From a virus: 64,000 nt of DNA. The notes beneath the pieces were generated by a model. It had not been told where the DNA came from, did not search any database, and worked only from the letters and a program-made list of their open reading frames with translations. Both the position numbers and the translations under genes were made by a program. The stretch lies in UHGV virus genome UHGV-0293664. The stretch is one strand, 5' to 3'. Of the stretch, positions 29,290-39,345 are shown in pieces. The first letter of the stretch is position 1; every line of letters starts with the position of its first letter.

Positions 29290-31357
29290 ATTTATGGCAT
29301 CTGCATACAACCGTTTCGGCGAGCCAAACCCGAAAGCAACTAAGTATAAAAGTGGGGGAAGTGTGAAACGAGACTATCGTGATGAAAAAGAAGTTGAAAC
29401 TGTAGAGACTGTTTTAGAAAATACTAAAATTGTCCCTGTCCCACAACAGAATATCGGTCTGATGGCTGCACAATATTTTGGTGTGCGATCAGCATTGTCC
29501 CAAGAAGACGGTGTGACAGTCACTGCAACATATTTCCCATATTACGACCGCTACGGAAATCTGTCCGGTTTCAAAAAGCGTGACTGGACTATTCCTAAAG
29601 AGCAAAGGGGCCATTTCTCCGTTGTTGGCATCGTAAAGGCCAACTCCCAGATGTTTGGTCAAAAGCTGTGTGCATCTTCCAACAACCGTAAGCAGATCAA
29701 CGTTTGTGAGGGAGAAGGTGATGTTATTGCAGCATGGCAGGCTGCATATCAGATACAAGTAAAAGGGATTCTCACCAATGCTAAAGCCCCGGCAAAGGTG
29801 AAGCAGTGGGCTAAAGAGGTCCAGGACGGGATCGATGCAGTTATCAACGGCGGTGATCTGGCAGGAAAACCCTGCCTGCCTTTTGTTGGAATTAACTGTG
29901 GATGTGCAAACGCAGTAGATACTTTTGCAAACAATGAGAAGTTTATCCGTAGCTATGGAACAGTTGTGCTGGCAATGGATAACGATGCAGCTAACGAGGT
30001 AGAGAAGCAAAAACACGTCATTAAAGGTGTTGAGGCCACGCACAATATCGCAGCATTTTTAATGGCTGATAACGTTTACCACGTAGAATACCCTGGTGAA
30101 GTAAACGACCCTGACGGTGTAAAAGATATCCGAGACATGCTGAAGGCTAAAAAGCTGGAAGATATTGTCAACATGTTCCGGCATCCTGTTAAATATGTGC
30201 CTGATGCTGTGTCGGATTTAGAAGACTTCTCTATCGAGTCTTTGCGGAAAAAGACTTCCAACGGGGTAGATATCAGTGCAGAGTTCCCAAAACTGCAAAA
30301 AATGCTAAAAGGCTTGCACAAAGGGACACTTGTAATGCTTACAGGTCCATCAGGCGGCGGTAAAACAACCGTGGCTAAAAAACTGGAACACTGTATTGCA
30401 AGATACCTAATGGACCCGACATGCCAGAAGGCTGATGACTATGAAGAGGATGATCGTCTATGTATGATCCATCTTGAGGAGGACCCAGAGGAAGCAATTA
30501 ACTCCTTGTATGCAAACCAGTTAGGGTTTGATGTTAAAGAGTTTGTTGAAGATCCTAGCCAGTTTTTAACTGATCAAGAACACGCAGAGATTCACCAATC
30601 ATGGGCAAAAGCTGGAAAAATCAAAGTGTTCAAACATTTCGGATCTATTCCGGTGGACGAGTTGATTACCAAGCTTAAGCAAATGGTTTGCCTGTACCAT
30701 TGCCGTTATATTGTGCTGGATCACCTGTCCATGGTAATTTCAGGGCTTAATGTTAAGGATGAGCGAAAAGAACTGGACATGGCTATGACTCAGCTGGCTG
30801 CGTTTTGTAAGCAGTTTAACGTGTTTATCTTGGTGATCGCTCACCTCAAACGTACAGAGATTGTGCCTCCTAAGGACAAGGATGGTAACCCGTTACCTTT
30901 CTGGTATCCTGTGCGAAAAGAGAATTTGCGAGGATCGGCGGGGCTTGAACAGTTGAGTTGGGTAGTCATAGGTGTCGAGGCCGAAGAAATGGTGGATCGT
31001 TCTCGTGGACGTGTCCGTCTGGTAGGTCTTAAAAACCGTCCAGCAAAAACTCTAGGTATTGCTGACACTTTGGTTATGGACCCGCACACAGGTAAGTTCC
31101 ATGATGCCAGTAATTGGTACTGGGACAAAGAAATGCAAATGTTTACAGACGGAGAAGGTGGGGAGGTTGTTTGGAGACCTCAGGCTATGTTTGAGGATCA
31201 GGAGCATGCAGTTGTAGAAACACCTATGGGCAAGGTTGTGGCTGATAAGGTTGTAACTCCTACTGTTAAGTCTGTTGACACGCAGGAAGACCTCCAGTAC
31301 GATGATCCATCCTCTGACCCGGTCCCCGGTTTTGAGGATGATGAAACGCCTTTTTAA
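29279..31357 (+). CDS. bifunctional DNA primase-helicase (TOPRIM primase + DnaB-like helicase)
   Basis: 692 aa; TOPRIM-like CEGEGD and MDNDAANE; Walker A TGPSGGGKTT. Confidence 0.9.
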   Translation: MGSKFMASAYNRFGEPNPKATKYKSGGSVKRDYRDEKEVETVETVLENTKIVPVPQQNIGLMAAQYFGVRSALSQEDGVTVTATYFPYYDRYGNLSGFKKRDWTIPKEQRGHFSVVGIVKANSQMFGQKLCASSNNRKQINVCEGEGDVIAAWQAAYQIQVKGILTNAKAPAKVKQWAKEVQDGIDAVINGGDLAGKPCLPFVGINCGCANAVDTFANNEKFIRSYGTVVLAMDNDAANEVEKQKHVIKGVEATHNIAAFLMADNVYHVEYPGEVNDPDGVKDIRDMLKAKKLEDIVNMFRHPVKYVPDAVSDLEDFSIESLRKKTSNGVDISAEFPKLQKMLKGLHKGTLVMLTGPSGGGKTTVAKKLEHCIARYLMDPTCQKADDYEEDDRLCMIHLEEDPEEAINSLYANQLGFDVKEFVEDPSQFLTDQEHAEIHQSWAKAGKIKVFKHFGSIPVDELITKLKQMVCLYHCRYIVLDHLSMVISGLNVKDERKELDMAMTQLAAFCKQFNVFILVIAHLKRTEIVPPKDKDGNPLPFWYPVRKENLRGSAGLEQLSWVVIGVEAEEMVDRSRGRVRLVGLKNRPAKTLGIADTLVMDPHTGKFHDASNWYWDKEMQMFTDGEGGEVVWRPQAMFEDQEHAVVETPMGKVVADKVVTPTVKSVDTQEDLQYDDPSSDPVPGFEDDETPF

Positions 31358-31415
31358 TGTTTAACAAAGAGTGGGAGGGGTAGTACAACCGCCTCCCCTT
31401 TAAGGAGAACACTTC

Positions 31416-32150
31416 ATGAACGAGTTCAGAGATCACTGTGTAGCCAATCACTTGTGGTCAGAGATATTGGAGTATGACGGTCAAAATCTTTTTTGGAAGA
31501 TAGACATTCTGGCAGGTAGCGGTGTAGGATATGTTAAAACTTCAGCAGGCTCTAGAGCTGACAAGGGGCAAGATGCTGATGGCAGGCCTGTGGTCAGTCT
31601 AGGAAAGCATTGCACTAAAGGTGCCCACGTCATAATTTGGGAAATGTTTAACGGTCCTGTACCGGAAGGGTATGAGGTTGACCACATCAAGGAGATAAGA
31701 GAAACAGGTGGTGTGGCTGATAACAGTATTCAAAATTTGCAACTGCTCGAGCCTACAGATAACAAAAAGAAAAGTTGCAAGATACCTCGTAGTAACAACA
31801 AGTCTGGTAGGGTCGGGGTGCACTATTCTGAAGAAAGAGAGGCATGGATAGCTCAAGGCACAGATTCTGCAGGTGAAAGAGTCTGGCTAGGCCAGTACAG
31901 AACTTTTGAAGAGGCAGAGTGGGCAAGAAAGTTCTTCGAAGATAATGGTTTTTCGCACAAGAGTGGAAGAGCCGTGCAGTATAATAACACCAGCGGTTGC
32001 TCAGGGGTGAATTGGGATAAAACCCATGAAAGATGGGTAGCCAGAATTTATGTAGATGGTAAAAGGAAATGCCTTGGGTATTTCAAGAACAGAGAAGATG
32101 CAATAGCTGCAAGAAAGAGTGCTGAGAAGAAACAGGAGGAGACAGTATGA
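31416..32150 (+). CDS. HNH homing endonuclease with AP2-like DNA-binding domains
   Basis: 244 aa; HNH core EVDHIKE...N..NLQLL; two AP2-like repeats (GVHYSEEREAWIAQ..., GVNWDKTHERWVARIYVDGKRKCLGYF). Confidence 0.85.
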   Translation: MNEFRDHCVANHLWSEILEYDGQNLFWKIDILAGSGVGYVKTSAGSRADKGQDADGRPVVSLGKHCTKGAHVIIWEMFNGPVPEGYEVDHIKEIRETGGVADNSIQNLQLLEPTDNKKKSCKIPRSNNKSGRVGVHYSEEREAWIAQGTDSAGERVWLGQYRTFEEAEWARKFFEDNGFSHKSGRAVQYNNTSGCSGVNWDKTHERWVARIYVDGKRKCLGYFKNREDAIAARKSAEKKQEETV

Positions 32151-34924
32151 GTAATTGGTGCTTCGACTTGGAGGCCTCCGGGCTTTTGGAAGACCCAGAT
32201 CTTTATTATCACTGCGGTCTGTTTAAAGAGCTGAATAAGAACCGTTTTATGCTGTTCCTTCCTCTAAATGACCGCACACACTACTCCGAGGAGGATATAG
32301 AGAAGGCTAAGAACTTTATTCTGGCAAAGAAAACTCTTTATAAAGATTTTGAAGTTCGCATAGCAGATTTTTCGGAGTTGGAAGGTTGGCTTACAGGCAA
32401 TTCCGACTGGTCACCAACAGCTTTGAACTGCCATAACTGCTACAGTTATGACTTTATGCTAATGGAAAGATTGTCCGGTATTCATTTTGATATGTTCCGT
32501 GATCCTAAATGCATGGGGACTATCAACGACCACCAGGTTAACCTGTTTGATACGTTGGCGATGAGCCGAATCTTGTGGCCTGATCGCCCTTTACCAAAAG
32601 GTTGTCCGGACTCTGTATTCAACCCGGTTACTAAGAAAATGCAGCCTGTTGGTCCTCACGGCCTTATGGCATGGGGCTACGCCCTTGGTAACCAGAAAGT
32701 TCAAATTGATGACTGGCGTGATCTTCCGTTGTGGAAGTATGTGGATCGTGTATTCGAGGACGTTATCATCCAAGAGCTGCTCTGGAAAGAGCTGGTAGCG
32801 GAATCAAAAGGTGTATTCTACGGCAAATCTGACATGCAGAACTTTATGTACGATCCTGCCAAAGAGAAGCCGAAAGGGTTCAAGAAGATCACCTGGAAGA
32901 ACGCATTACGCCGAGGCATGCTGCAGCACTTCCTGATGGAGCTGCAGGCCCGTCAGGGTGTGTATTTCGACATAGATGGAGCTATTGCTTTACGTGACCG
33001 TTGCGATGCGTGGATGAAAGAGATCGCTGATCGTGTTGAACCTCAACTTCCTTTAAAAGAGTTGTCAATGTCTCAGCGGCCCAAGTTCCCTGAAAAGCCG
33101 TTTAACCAAGATGGGACAATCTCCAATAATGGTTGGAAATGGTTAAAAGATAAGCTTGGCTATCCTGTGGACATGAGCGCTTTAGAGTTCAAAGCCCCGC
33201 CTAAGCGAGCATTTACCTCCACAGGGGATGTCAGTAAGATGGGGATAAAGTGGTGTGAAGAGATGGGCTGCAAAGACCCAGATAAGATGGCTGATTTCTT
33301 GAGAGGCTATATTAAGGGCACCTCCACACCACAACCTTTACCTAAAGAGCTAATGGATCAGGCAATAAGTGATCTACAGCAGAAGCGAATGCCGGACTGC
33401 AAGATACCTATGAAAATCAGCAATCAGGACGACATTAAGAGATACCTGATCAGTGCTGGTTGGCTTCCGACAATGTGGAGAACTAAGGATGTAACTAAAG
33501 ACAGCAAGAAGAAAGCTCTACCTGATGCAGATGTTGATGCACGAGTGTATGCATATATGGACGAGCTTTTAGAGTCAGAGTATTGTGACCTAATTATCAA
33601 CTTCTGGAACAAAACTGATGCTAAGTTCCAGACAACCGTGCACAAGTTCCGAAGCTTTCCTAACTCTGAAAGGATTAAAAAGGAAGTATTCGGGAAAATA
33701 CGTAGAAAAGCTAGGACACTTATTACTTCTCCGCAGCTGAAAGATACGTTTGGACACCTATGCCCGAATCTTGAAAAATTGAACGGGGAGATGGCTAAAG
33801 ATATCGTCTTGTGGTTATCATTGCGAAACCGCAGATCGGTCCTTGATCCAATCAAGGAGGATAAGGTTGATACTGGTCTTCTTAATCACCCACGTTTGAA
33901 GATTGACCATAAGCTTCCGGCTAAAAGCTCTGGATTAACAAACACTTCCAGACAGAAACACAGTATTTGTGCAAACATGCCTAAACCATCTCCTAAAGTG
34001 GTTATGGGTAAAGAGATGCGCAGTCTGTGGGGTGTTCCTCCAGGATACTTTGAGATCGGTATTGACGGGTCCAACTTAGAGCAGCTTATCGGGGCTTGGG
34101 GTGCCTTTGAGTTCGACAACGGCTTGTATTATGATGTTGTAAGTAACGGGGACGCACACCAAAACAATGCTGAGGCATATACAAAAGTAGCAGGCAGAGA
34201 GGTGTCTCGTAACGACGGTAAACCTATCACGTATGGGGTTATGTATGGGGCACAAAAAGACAAAGTTGCAGACATGCTGGATATCTCCCCAGAGTTGGGA
34301 CAAAGGGTAATCGATGCACTTTGGGATGCCAACCCCGGTCTTAAGGGGCGTAAAGAAGATCTGGAGAAATTCTGGGAAGCAACGGGTAAGAAGTTTATCT
34401 ACTCTTTTGATGGTCATGCTATCTGGACCCGATCTAAACACTCTTTACTTAATGCATACCAACAGAATGGTGGTGCATCGTTGTGTGACTTAGTTGGGAT
34501 ACTCATGCACCACCAAATGGTGAAGCGCGGGTGGTACGATGAAGGTGTTCGTCGTATTATTTATTACCATGACGAATATCAGCTTCAAGTCCCTGACACA
34601 CCTAAGTATAAGACTGTGTACACCTTCGACACAATTGAAGAACTGGAAGCATTTAAGGCAGAGCAGGAGGCCAAACTTCATGTGTTCGACGGTCATAAGT
34701 ACAAAAAGGCACGCAAGGATGAGGACGGAAACGAAGTGGTTGACAGAGACGGAAACACGGTGTACGATCCTATCCTGAACGATGACGGAAAGCTTGAACT
34801 TATCTGGAGCCCTGTGGGTGAAATGGTGGTGCATTGCTTCTGGCAAGCTTCTAAAATGATGGGAGTCCCGTTCCAGATCACAGGTGAATACTTGTGCGGT
34901 CGTAATTGGGGTGATTGTCACTAA
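32147..34924 (+). CDS. DNA polymerase, family A, with 3'-5' exonuclease domain
   Basis: 925 aa; exo I-like FDLEASG; motif A-like IDGSNLEQL; O-helix-like KPITYGVMYG; motif C YYHDEYQL. Confidence 0.9.
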   Translation: MSNWCFDLEASGLLEDPDLYYHCGLFKELNKNRFMLFLPLNDRTHYSEEDIEKAKNFILAKKTLYKDFEVRIADFSELEGWLTGNSDWSPTALNCHNCYSYDFMLMERLSGIHFDMFRDPKCMGTINDHQVNLFDTLAMSRILWPDRPLPKGCPDSVFNPVTKKMQPVGPHGLMAWGYALGNQKVQIDDWRDLPLWKYVDRVFEDVIIQELLWKELVAESKGVFYGKSDMQNFMYDPAKEKPKGFKKITWKNALRRGMLQHFLMELQARQGVYFDIDGAIALRDRCDAWMKEIADRVEPQLPLKELSMSQRPKFPEKPFNQDGTISNNGWKWLKDKLGYPVDMSALEFKAPPKRAFTSTGDVSKMGIKWCEEMGCKDPDKMADFLRGYIKGTSTPQPLPKELMDQAISDLQQKRMPDCKIPMKISNQDDIKRYLISAGWLPTMWRTKDVTKDSKKKALPDADVDARVYAYMDELLESEYCDLIINFWNKTDAKFQTTVHKFRSFPNSERIKKEVFGKIRRKARTLITSPQLKDTFGHLCPNLEKLNGEMAKDIVLWLSLRNRRSVLDPIKEDKVDTGLLNHPRLKIDHKLPAKSSGLTNTSRQKHSICANMPKPSPKVVMGKEMRSLWGVPPGYFEIGIDGSNLEQLIGAWGAFEFDNGLYYDVVSNGDAHQNNAEAYTKVAGREVSRNDGKPITYGVMYGAQKDKVADMLDISPELGQRVIDALWDANPGLKGRKEDLEKFWEATGKKFIYSFDGHAIWTRSKHSLLNAYQQNGGASLCDLVGILMHHQMVKRGWYDEGVRRIIYYHDEYQLQVPDTPKYKTVYTFDTIEELEAFKAEQEAKLHVFDGHKYKKARKDEDGNEVVDRDGNTVYDPILNDDGKLELIWSPVGEMVVHCFWQASKMMGVPFQITGEYLCGRNWGDCH

Positions 34925-34973
34925 TGTAAACTATCAACACATGGAAGTGTTGTTGAGCAAAGAGGAGACTTTT

Positions 34974-35258
34974 ATGGTAGTAGAACCAACAAAAACATTT
35001 ACATCCATGACTATTCCTGTTATTATGCAGGTGGAGTGTGTTCAGGTATCTCAAGTGTGGCCTGGCACCAAAATCCCGACAGGGCCTGATTTCTTTCAGG
35101 TTGGCAAAGTGTACAATGTCTGGAAGGCACCAGATTGTTACCCTTTCATCAAAGATGACCGTGGGATGCTGTGGTATCTTGGAAATGATTTGACACTGCA
35201 CCTTGGGAATGCTATTATTGCAGTATTCAGACTTAACAAGAAGGAGACTGATCAATGA
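34974..35258 (+). CDS. small hypothetical protein (paralog triad member)
   Basis: ATG 34974 after AGAGGAG; VYNVW...IKDDRGMLWYLGND similar to next two genes. Confidence 0.6.
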   Translation: MVVEPTKTFTSMTIPVIMQVECVQVSQVWPGTKIPTGPDFFQVGKVYNVWKAPDCYPFIKDDRGMLWYLGNDLTLHLGNAIIAVFRLNKKETDQ

Positions 35259-35482
35259 CGACTTTGGTTAAAGCTACCTTTGTAGAAGAAAAGATGACAG
35301 ACCTGTCATTCTTTAAAGAAGGAAAGACCTACGAGGTTTATTACGATAAAGCTCGTGCAAATAAAATGATTAAAGACGAGGAAGGGGTTGCCTGGCTTAT
35401 CTCCCATCTGGCAAACGGTGAGTATCATATCTACGGAACCACCCTGCTTGCCAAGTTTGTAGCTGTTGAAGAGGACCTATGA
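35255..35482 (+). CDS. small hypothetical protein (paralog triad member)
   Basis: 75 aa; SD AAGGAGA; YEVYYD...IKDEEGVAWLISHLANGEYHIY. Confidence 0.75.
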   Translation: MTTLVKATFVEEKMTDLSFFKEGKTYEVYYDKARANKMIKDEEGVAWLISHLANGEYHIYGTTLLAKFVAVEEDL

Positions 35483-35673
35483 AAGTAAAGTATCTGGCTG
35501 AGGGTATGAGTAGGTATTTCACCCTTGGTGAAGAATATTGGCCATTTACAAGCAACGGCGATGTCTACGTGAAAGATAATTTCGGCACGCCATGGTTTTT
35601 GCACTCTAACGGGTTAGGGTATTCTATTTATCGCAGTGCAATGAGCGACACAACCCTTGCAGAGTTTGTATAG
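35479..35673 (+). CDS. small hypothetical protein (paralog triad member)
   Basis: 64 aa; DVYVKDNFGTPWFLHSNGLGYSIY. Confidence 0.7.
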   Translation: MKVKYLAEGMSRYFTLGEEYWPFTSNGDVYVKDNFGTPWFLHSNGLGYSIYRSAMSDTTLAEFV

Positions 35674-35683
35674 AGGAGGTAGA

Positions 35684-36055
35684 ATGTTAGTAAAAGGTAC
35701 TCACACAGTCAAACAGCGTATTGAAGTTGAGATTGATGATTGTGAGCTGAAGCATATTCTACGGTCATGCTCCAACGTTTTGCTCCTTGGTATTCTCCAG
35801 GAGCGAGCGGAGAACGAGTTCTTAAATGCATTGGCAGGCCGCCCTGGTGACTTCTGTGTGCGTAAGCGTGGTGACAACAAGTCATGGCTGTGGGAGATAG
35901 ACGCAGAATGGGATTACCACAAAAATGAGGGTATAGATGAGCCTATTCGTGAATTGACAGACAAAGAGATTCAGATGTACAATGAAGTTTGTCATTGGGC
36001 AAGACGTCAACAAATTTACCTCGACCCTGTGTGGATGATTGAAAATAGCCATTGA
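35684..36055 (+). CDS. hypothetical protein
   Basis: ATG 35684 after GAGGAGG; 123 aa. Confidence 0.7.
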   Translation: MLVKGTHTVKQRIEVEIDDCELKHILRSCSNVLLLGILQERAENEFLNALAGRPGDFCVRKRGDNKSWLWEIDAEWDYHKNEGIDEPIRELTDKEIQMYNEVCHWARRQQIYLDPVWMIENSH

Positions 36056-36080
36056 CAAGAAGTAAGATTAGATATAAGAT
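36052..36080 (+). promoter_or_regulatory. sigma70-like promoter
   Basis: TTGACA-17 nt-TAAGAT. Confidence 0.55.
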
Positions 36081-36131
36081 GCTTCACACAAACAGAGCGT
36101 TGATTTTTAAATAACTAAGGAGACTGCCAAG

Positions 36132-36386
36132 ATGAAAATTACTTTGAAGCCAGAATGCGTTGCAAATGACCGAGCTTTTAAAGATTGCACAGTCGGTGCA
36201 ATTTATGAAGCGGAGTTTTGTGAGAACCCTCTGGTAAAAGCCCTTCTGGAAGAAGGGGCCCCTTTATCACAAGAAGAGATTGATGAGCTGGAAAACTCAG
36301 CACAGTGCCTTACCTTTAAAGATGACGAAGGAGATTCTGTCTGGTGCACTGTTAATGAAGTAGTTTTTGTAAAACCTGAACATTAA
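36132..36386 (+). CDS. small Cys-containing protein (paralog pair member)
   Basis: 84 aa; SD AAGGAGA; KPECVANDRAFKDCT...DDEGDSVWCT matches next gene. Confidence 0.75.
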   Translation: MKITLKPECVANDRAFKDCTVGAIYEAEFCENPLVKALLEEGAPLSQEEIDELENSAQCLTFKDDEGDSVWCTVNEVVFVKPEH

Positions 36387-36389
36387 TAC

Positions 36390-36418
36390 TTGACAACAGT
36401 GATGGGGCCTAATATAAT
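36390..36418 (+). promoter_or_regulatory. consensus sigma70 promoter
   Basis: TTGACA-17 nt-TATAAT; -10 sits in loop of GGGCC/GGCCC inverted repeat. Confidence 0.65.
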
Positions 36419-36449
36419 GGCCCTATCGAAACGAAAGGGGACCACAGCA

Positions 36450-36710
36450 ATGACCAAACAATATCAACGAATTAAAGCCAAGGTTAAGCCAGACTATCTG
36501 GAAAAGGACTCTGCTTTTCGGGACTGCACAGCCGACAAAGTTTACACAGGGGCTGTCCTGTTGAACGATAAACTTGAAGTAGATGTGCTGGGTAAAGAGG
36601 CCGTTATCGAGGATGACAACGGTGACTGTGTTTTCTGCACCACACGGGAGCTAGAAGTCTTAGAATACTTCGGTGAAATCTTCAACTCCTTAGACGACGA
36701 GGAAGCGTGA
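36450..36710 (+). CDS. small Cys-containing protein (paralog pair member)
   Basis: ATG 36450 downstream of promoter; KPDYLEKDSAFRDCT...DDNGDCVFCT. Confidence 0.7.
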   Translation: MTKQYQRIKAKVKPDYLEKDSAFRDCTADKVYTGAVLLNDKLEVDVLGKEAVIEDDNGDCVFCTTRELEVLEYFGEIFNSLDDEEA

Positions 36711-37099
36711 TGAAAAATATTTGGGATATTGATATCTTTGAAGCCTCTAAGCTTGACGGTGCTGATGGAGTGATTATGGTGTCTGACGGCAAGGCAACAC
36801 TAACTTCCGGAGATATCATCTATGCCTTGGACGAGCTGGCGCTTCTGAAATCTACCGGTAACACTTTGGAGGAGCGTCTTCAAGGCTTCGCTTTCAAAGA
36901 AGGTACAAATACCGCCATGATGTGCACCACACGGACAGTTCAGGTTGGTAACGGTGTCTATATGATCATTGCGGTGTGTCCTAAATTCAGCAACGTCAAC
37001 AAAGATGATGCTGACGCTGTCAACGATGTGGTTGTTCTCTTCGTGGGTGACGCTATGGCAGATCTGATGAATGCAGGAGAAGCAGCAAATGAAGACTGA
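36707..37099 (+). CDS. hypothetical protein
   Basis: 130 aa; SD GAGGAAG. Confidence 0.75.
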   Translation: MMKNIWDIDIFEASKLDGADGVIMVSDGKATLTSGDIIYALDELALLKSTGNTLEERLQGFAFKEGTNTAMMCTTRTVQVGNGVYMIIAVCPKFSNVNKDDADAVNDVVVLFVGDAMADLMNAGEAANED

Positions 37100-37391
37100 A
37101 AACATCACCCCCGCAGGGTTCTTAAAAGTATACCGTGAACTGCTATATACTACAGAGGACAGCGTTCTAGAGTATCCAGAATATCTTTTGCTGTATAAGT
37201 ATCTGCAGGAGGCTGGTGAAAATCTGCCAGTTAGTGCAGAAGGTGGTCCGAACTGGATATACAGCGCATGGAGAAAGGTTGACATTCTCCCAGACCCAGG
37301 TAAAGATATGGTAGTTTGGCAGCTTATCAACAACATCGGGATTCCAATCTTTGATGAAGCTGTTAAAATCTATTTTGAACTTGACGATTAA
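37089..37391 (+). CDS. hypothetical protein
   Basis: ATG 37089 after AGGAG; 100 aa. Confidence 0.65.
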   Translation: MKTENITPAGFLKVYRELLYTTEDSVLEYPEYLLLYKYLQEAGENLPVSAEGGPNWIYSAWRKVDILPDPGKDMVVWQLINNIGIPIFDEAVKIYFELDD

Positions 37392-37408
37392 TATCAGGAG
37401 ACCTTAAG

Positions 37409-37654
37409 ATGACTGAAGTAGTTGCTCGCGCAGGACAGAAAGTACGTTGTGTTGAAGTAGGTTTTGGTGGCAAAGGGTGTCAAAACTTGACTCAAGGTAA
37501 GGAATACGCTGTTATTTCTGGTGGTGGCGACGAAAGTATTGTGTTCGAGGGCCACATCCTGGATGCTGAAAACTTTGAAATCTTTGACGACGATGGGGAT
37601 CCGATCACCTGCCTGCTGGACGGGAATTGGGGAACTTTTGAAGTGATTGGCTAA
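37409..37654 (+). CDS. hypothetical protein
   Basis: 81 aa; SD CAGGAGA. Confidence 0.75.
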   Translation: MTEVVARAGQKVRCVEVGFGGKGCQNLTQGKEYAVISGGGDESIVFEGHILDAENFEIFDDDGDPITCLLDGNWGTFEVIG

Positions 37655-37737
37655 CAAATACCTATTGTAATTTGCAGAAGGGGATGCTAAAATAGTGTCT
37701 CCTTTTATGTTGTTCAAATAAAATCGGAGATTCCATA

Positions 37738-38103
37738 ATGGAACAAATGAACGATCAAACGTCGGTTGCGATGAACGAGCAAGAACAACCTCAAGAATTT
37801 TTCTTAGGGTTAAGTAAAGATCAAGTGTCTCTTCTGCTAGTGCTTTCTTCTTTCATGGGAAGACTTCAGGAGCTTACACAACAGCCAGAGGCTGAACAAT
37901 TATTCCAGGCTCTGCGTGAAGAAGAAAAATATCGTCGTTTGGACTATGCCTTAGGTTGGGTAGCTCAACAACGAGATATGCTGATGGCCCTCTCTGGGAC
38001 CACAAGTTTTGCAATGGGCCTGTTGGCTCAAGTTCAGGACAAATTAATTCAAGCAGGGTTTGCACACACGGCAAACACTAACGAAGAACAAGGAGACAAA
38101 TAA
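37738..38103 (+). CDS. hypothetical protein
   Basis: 121 aa; SD CGGAGA. Confidence 0.7.
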   Translation: MEQMNDQTSVAMNEQEQPQEFFLGLSKDQVSLLLVLSSFMGRLQELTQQPEAEQLFQALREEEKYRRLDYALGWVAQQRDMLMALSGTTSFAMGLLAQVQDKLIQAGFAHTANTNEEQGDK

Positions 38104-39329
38104 TGAGCGTTATTCAACAATTCGCTAACCCGATGAATCCGCGTGAAACTGTTTTACTGGCTCACGGCATGATTAAACGTGTCAGCATCAAGCCTATCAA
38201 GGGTGCTGATCCTACAACAGGTATTAAAACCACTGTGTGGCAAGGTAAGAAAATTGAATCCAGCCACACCATCTCTTTACTGATTTCTGAACTGGATTCC
38301 TCTGATAACCTGCTTCAAGGTGGTGAAGAAGTTTGGATCAGTATGGGTGATAAGCTGCTTAAACCTGGTCATCAAGACTCTGTCTCTGTTAAAATTGATG
38401 ACAAGTGGGAAACCGTAACGCCGGGATGGATCGTAAATATCCCTTTGAAGGCAAACGAGCATAAAGGTAAGACCTATTACAAAGGCTCACTGGCTAAGAT
38501 GGTCAAGCTGGGTGCAGGAGAGGCTCCAGCAGCGACTCAGCAGCAAAAACAGCAACAAGGTGCACAATCACAAGGCCAGAAGCAGAAACCTCAGCAGAAT
38601 GCCAATCAGGACGTTTTACGCATCTATGGTGATGTGACTCAGATTGTTGGCAACGTGGTTACTGTTAATGACCACAAGATTGGCGAAGGTGCTATGGTTG
38701 TCACTGATGAGCAGCTTAAAGACCTGGTGGTAGGTGGTCGTGTTGCAGCCATTGTTGACAAAGACACCGGAAACATTATCAGTGGTTTCAAAGCCTACCC
38801 ACCTAAGGAAGAGAACGGCACTCAAGGCTCTGGTGGCAAGCGTAAATCCTCTTACGACCCTATCGGTGTGGAAACGGGGCATAGCATCAATGCGTTGCAG
38901 ATCATCCTGGATCGCGGGTTTAAGGTAGACGACCCACTGGGCGTGGCTAAAACACTGCACGTAGTCACCATTGAGCTTAAGAAAGAGTATGCTCAAGCCA
39001 CCAACCGAACTGAAGATGAAGTAGGTGCCAGTGTCGGTAATGCGGTGTTGAACGCTTGTCGCCGTATTGACAAGAAAACGAAAGTTGATGATTTTGCAGC
39101 GGCAATTACTGCAGAAGCAAAAGATGTCTTGACTAATCTGGCTGAGCCGTTGTACGATTGGATCAAGAACGGTGCTGGGTCAACTGACCATCAAGAACCT
39201 CAGGCTGCCAAACAGGAAGCAGCTCCACAGCAAAACACTGTAGACGCTCCTCCTGTAAATGATGAGGAAGATGACCCAATGGATCAGAATCCAGCACAGT
39301 ACGCCTTTGATGATGACATCCCTTTTTAA
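38103..39329 (+). CDS. single-stranded DNA-binding protein-like, with bacterial SSB-type C-terminal tip
   Basis: 408 aa; ends ...AQYAFDDDIPF (same acidic tip as E. coli SSB); Gln-rich linker; N-terminal region OB-fold-like. Confidence 0.8.
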   Translation: MSVIQQFANPMNPRETVLLAHGMIKRVSIKPIKGADPTTGIKTTVWQGKKIESSHTISLLISELDSSDNLLQGGEEVWISMGDKLLKPGHQDSVSVKIDDKWETVTPGWIVNIPLKANEHKGKTYYKGSLAKMVKLGAGEAPAATQQQKQQQGAQSQGQKQKPQQNANQDVLRIYGDVTQIVGNVVTVNDHKIGEGAMVVTDEQLKDLVVGGRVAAIVDKDTGNIISGFKAYPPKEENGTQGSGGKRKSSYDPIGVETGHSINALQIILDRGFKVDDPLGVAKTLHVVTIELKKEYAQATNRTEDEVGASVGNAVLNACRRIDKKTKVDDFAAAITAEAKDVLTNLAEPLYDWIKNGAGSTDHQEPQAAKQEAAPQQNTVDAPPVNDEEDDPMDQNPAQYAFDDDIPF

Positions 39330-39345
39330 CAATTAGTTAACATAG

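Noticed and set aside
32591-34921. Antisense ORFs inside the DNA polymerase gene (for example 33424-33855, 34076-34441, 34490-34921)
   Set aside because: Polymerase ORF carries family A motifs in order; antisense ORFs lack start signals
36800-37336. 178-aa minus-strand ORF
   Set aside because: Overlaps two plus-strand genes that have good ribosome binding sites; wrong orientation for the operon
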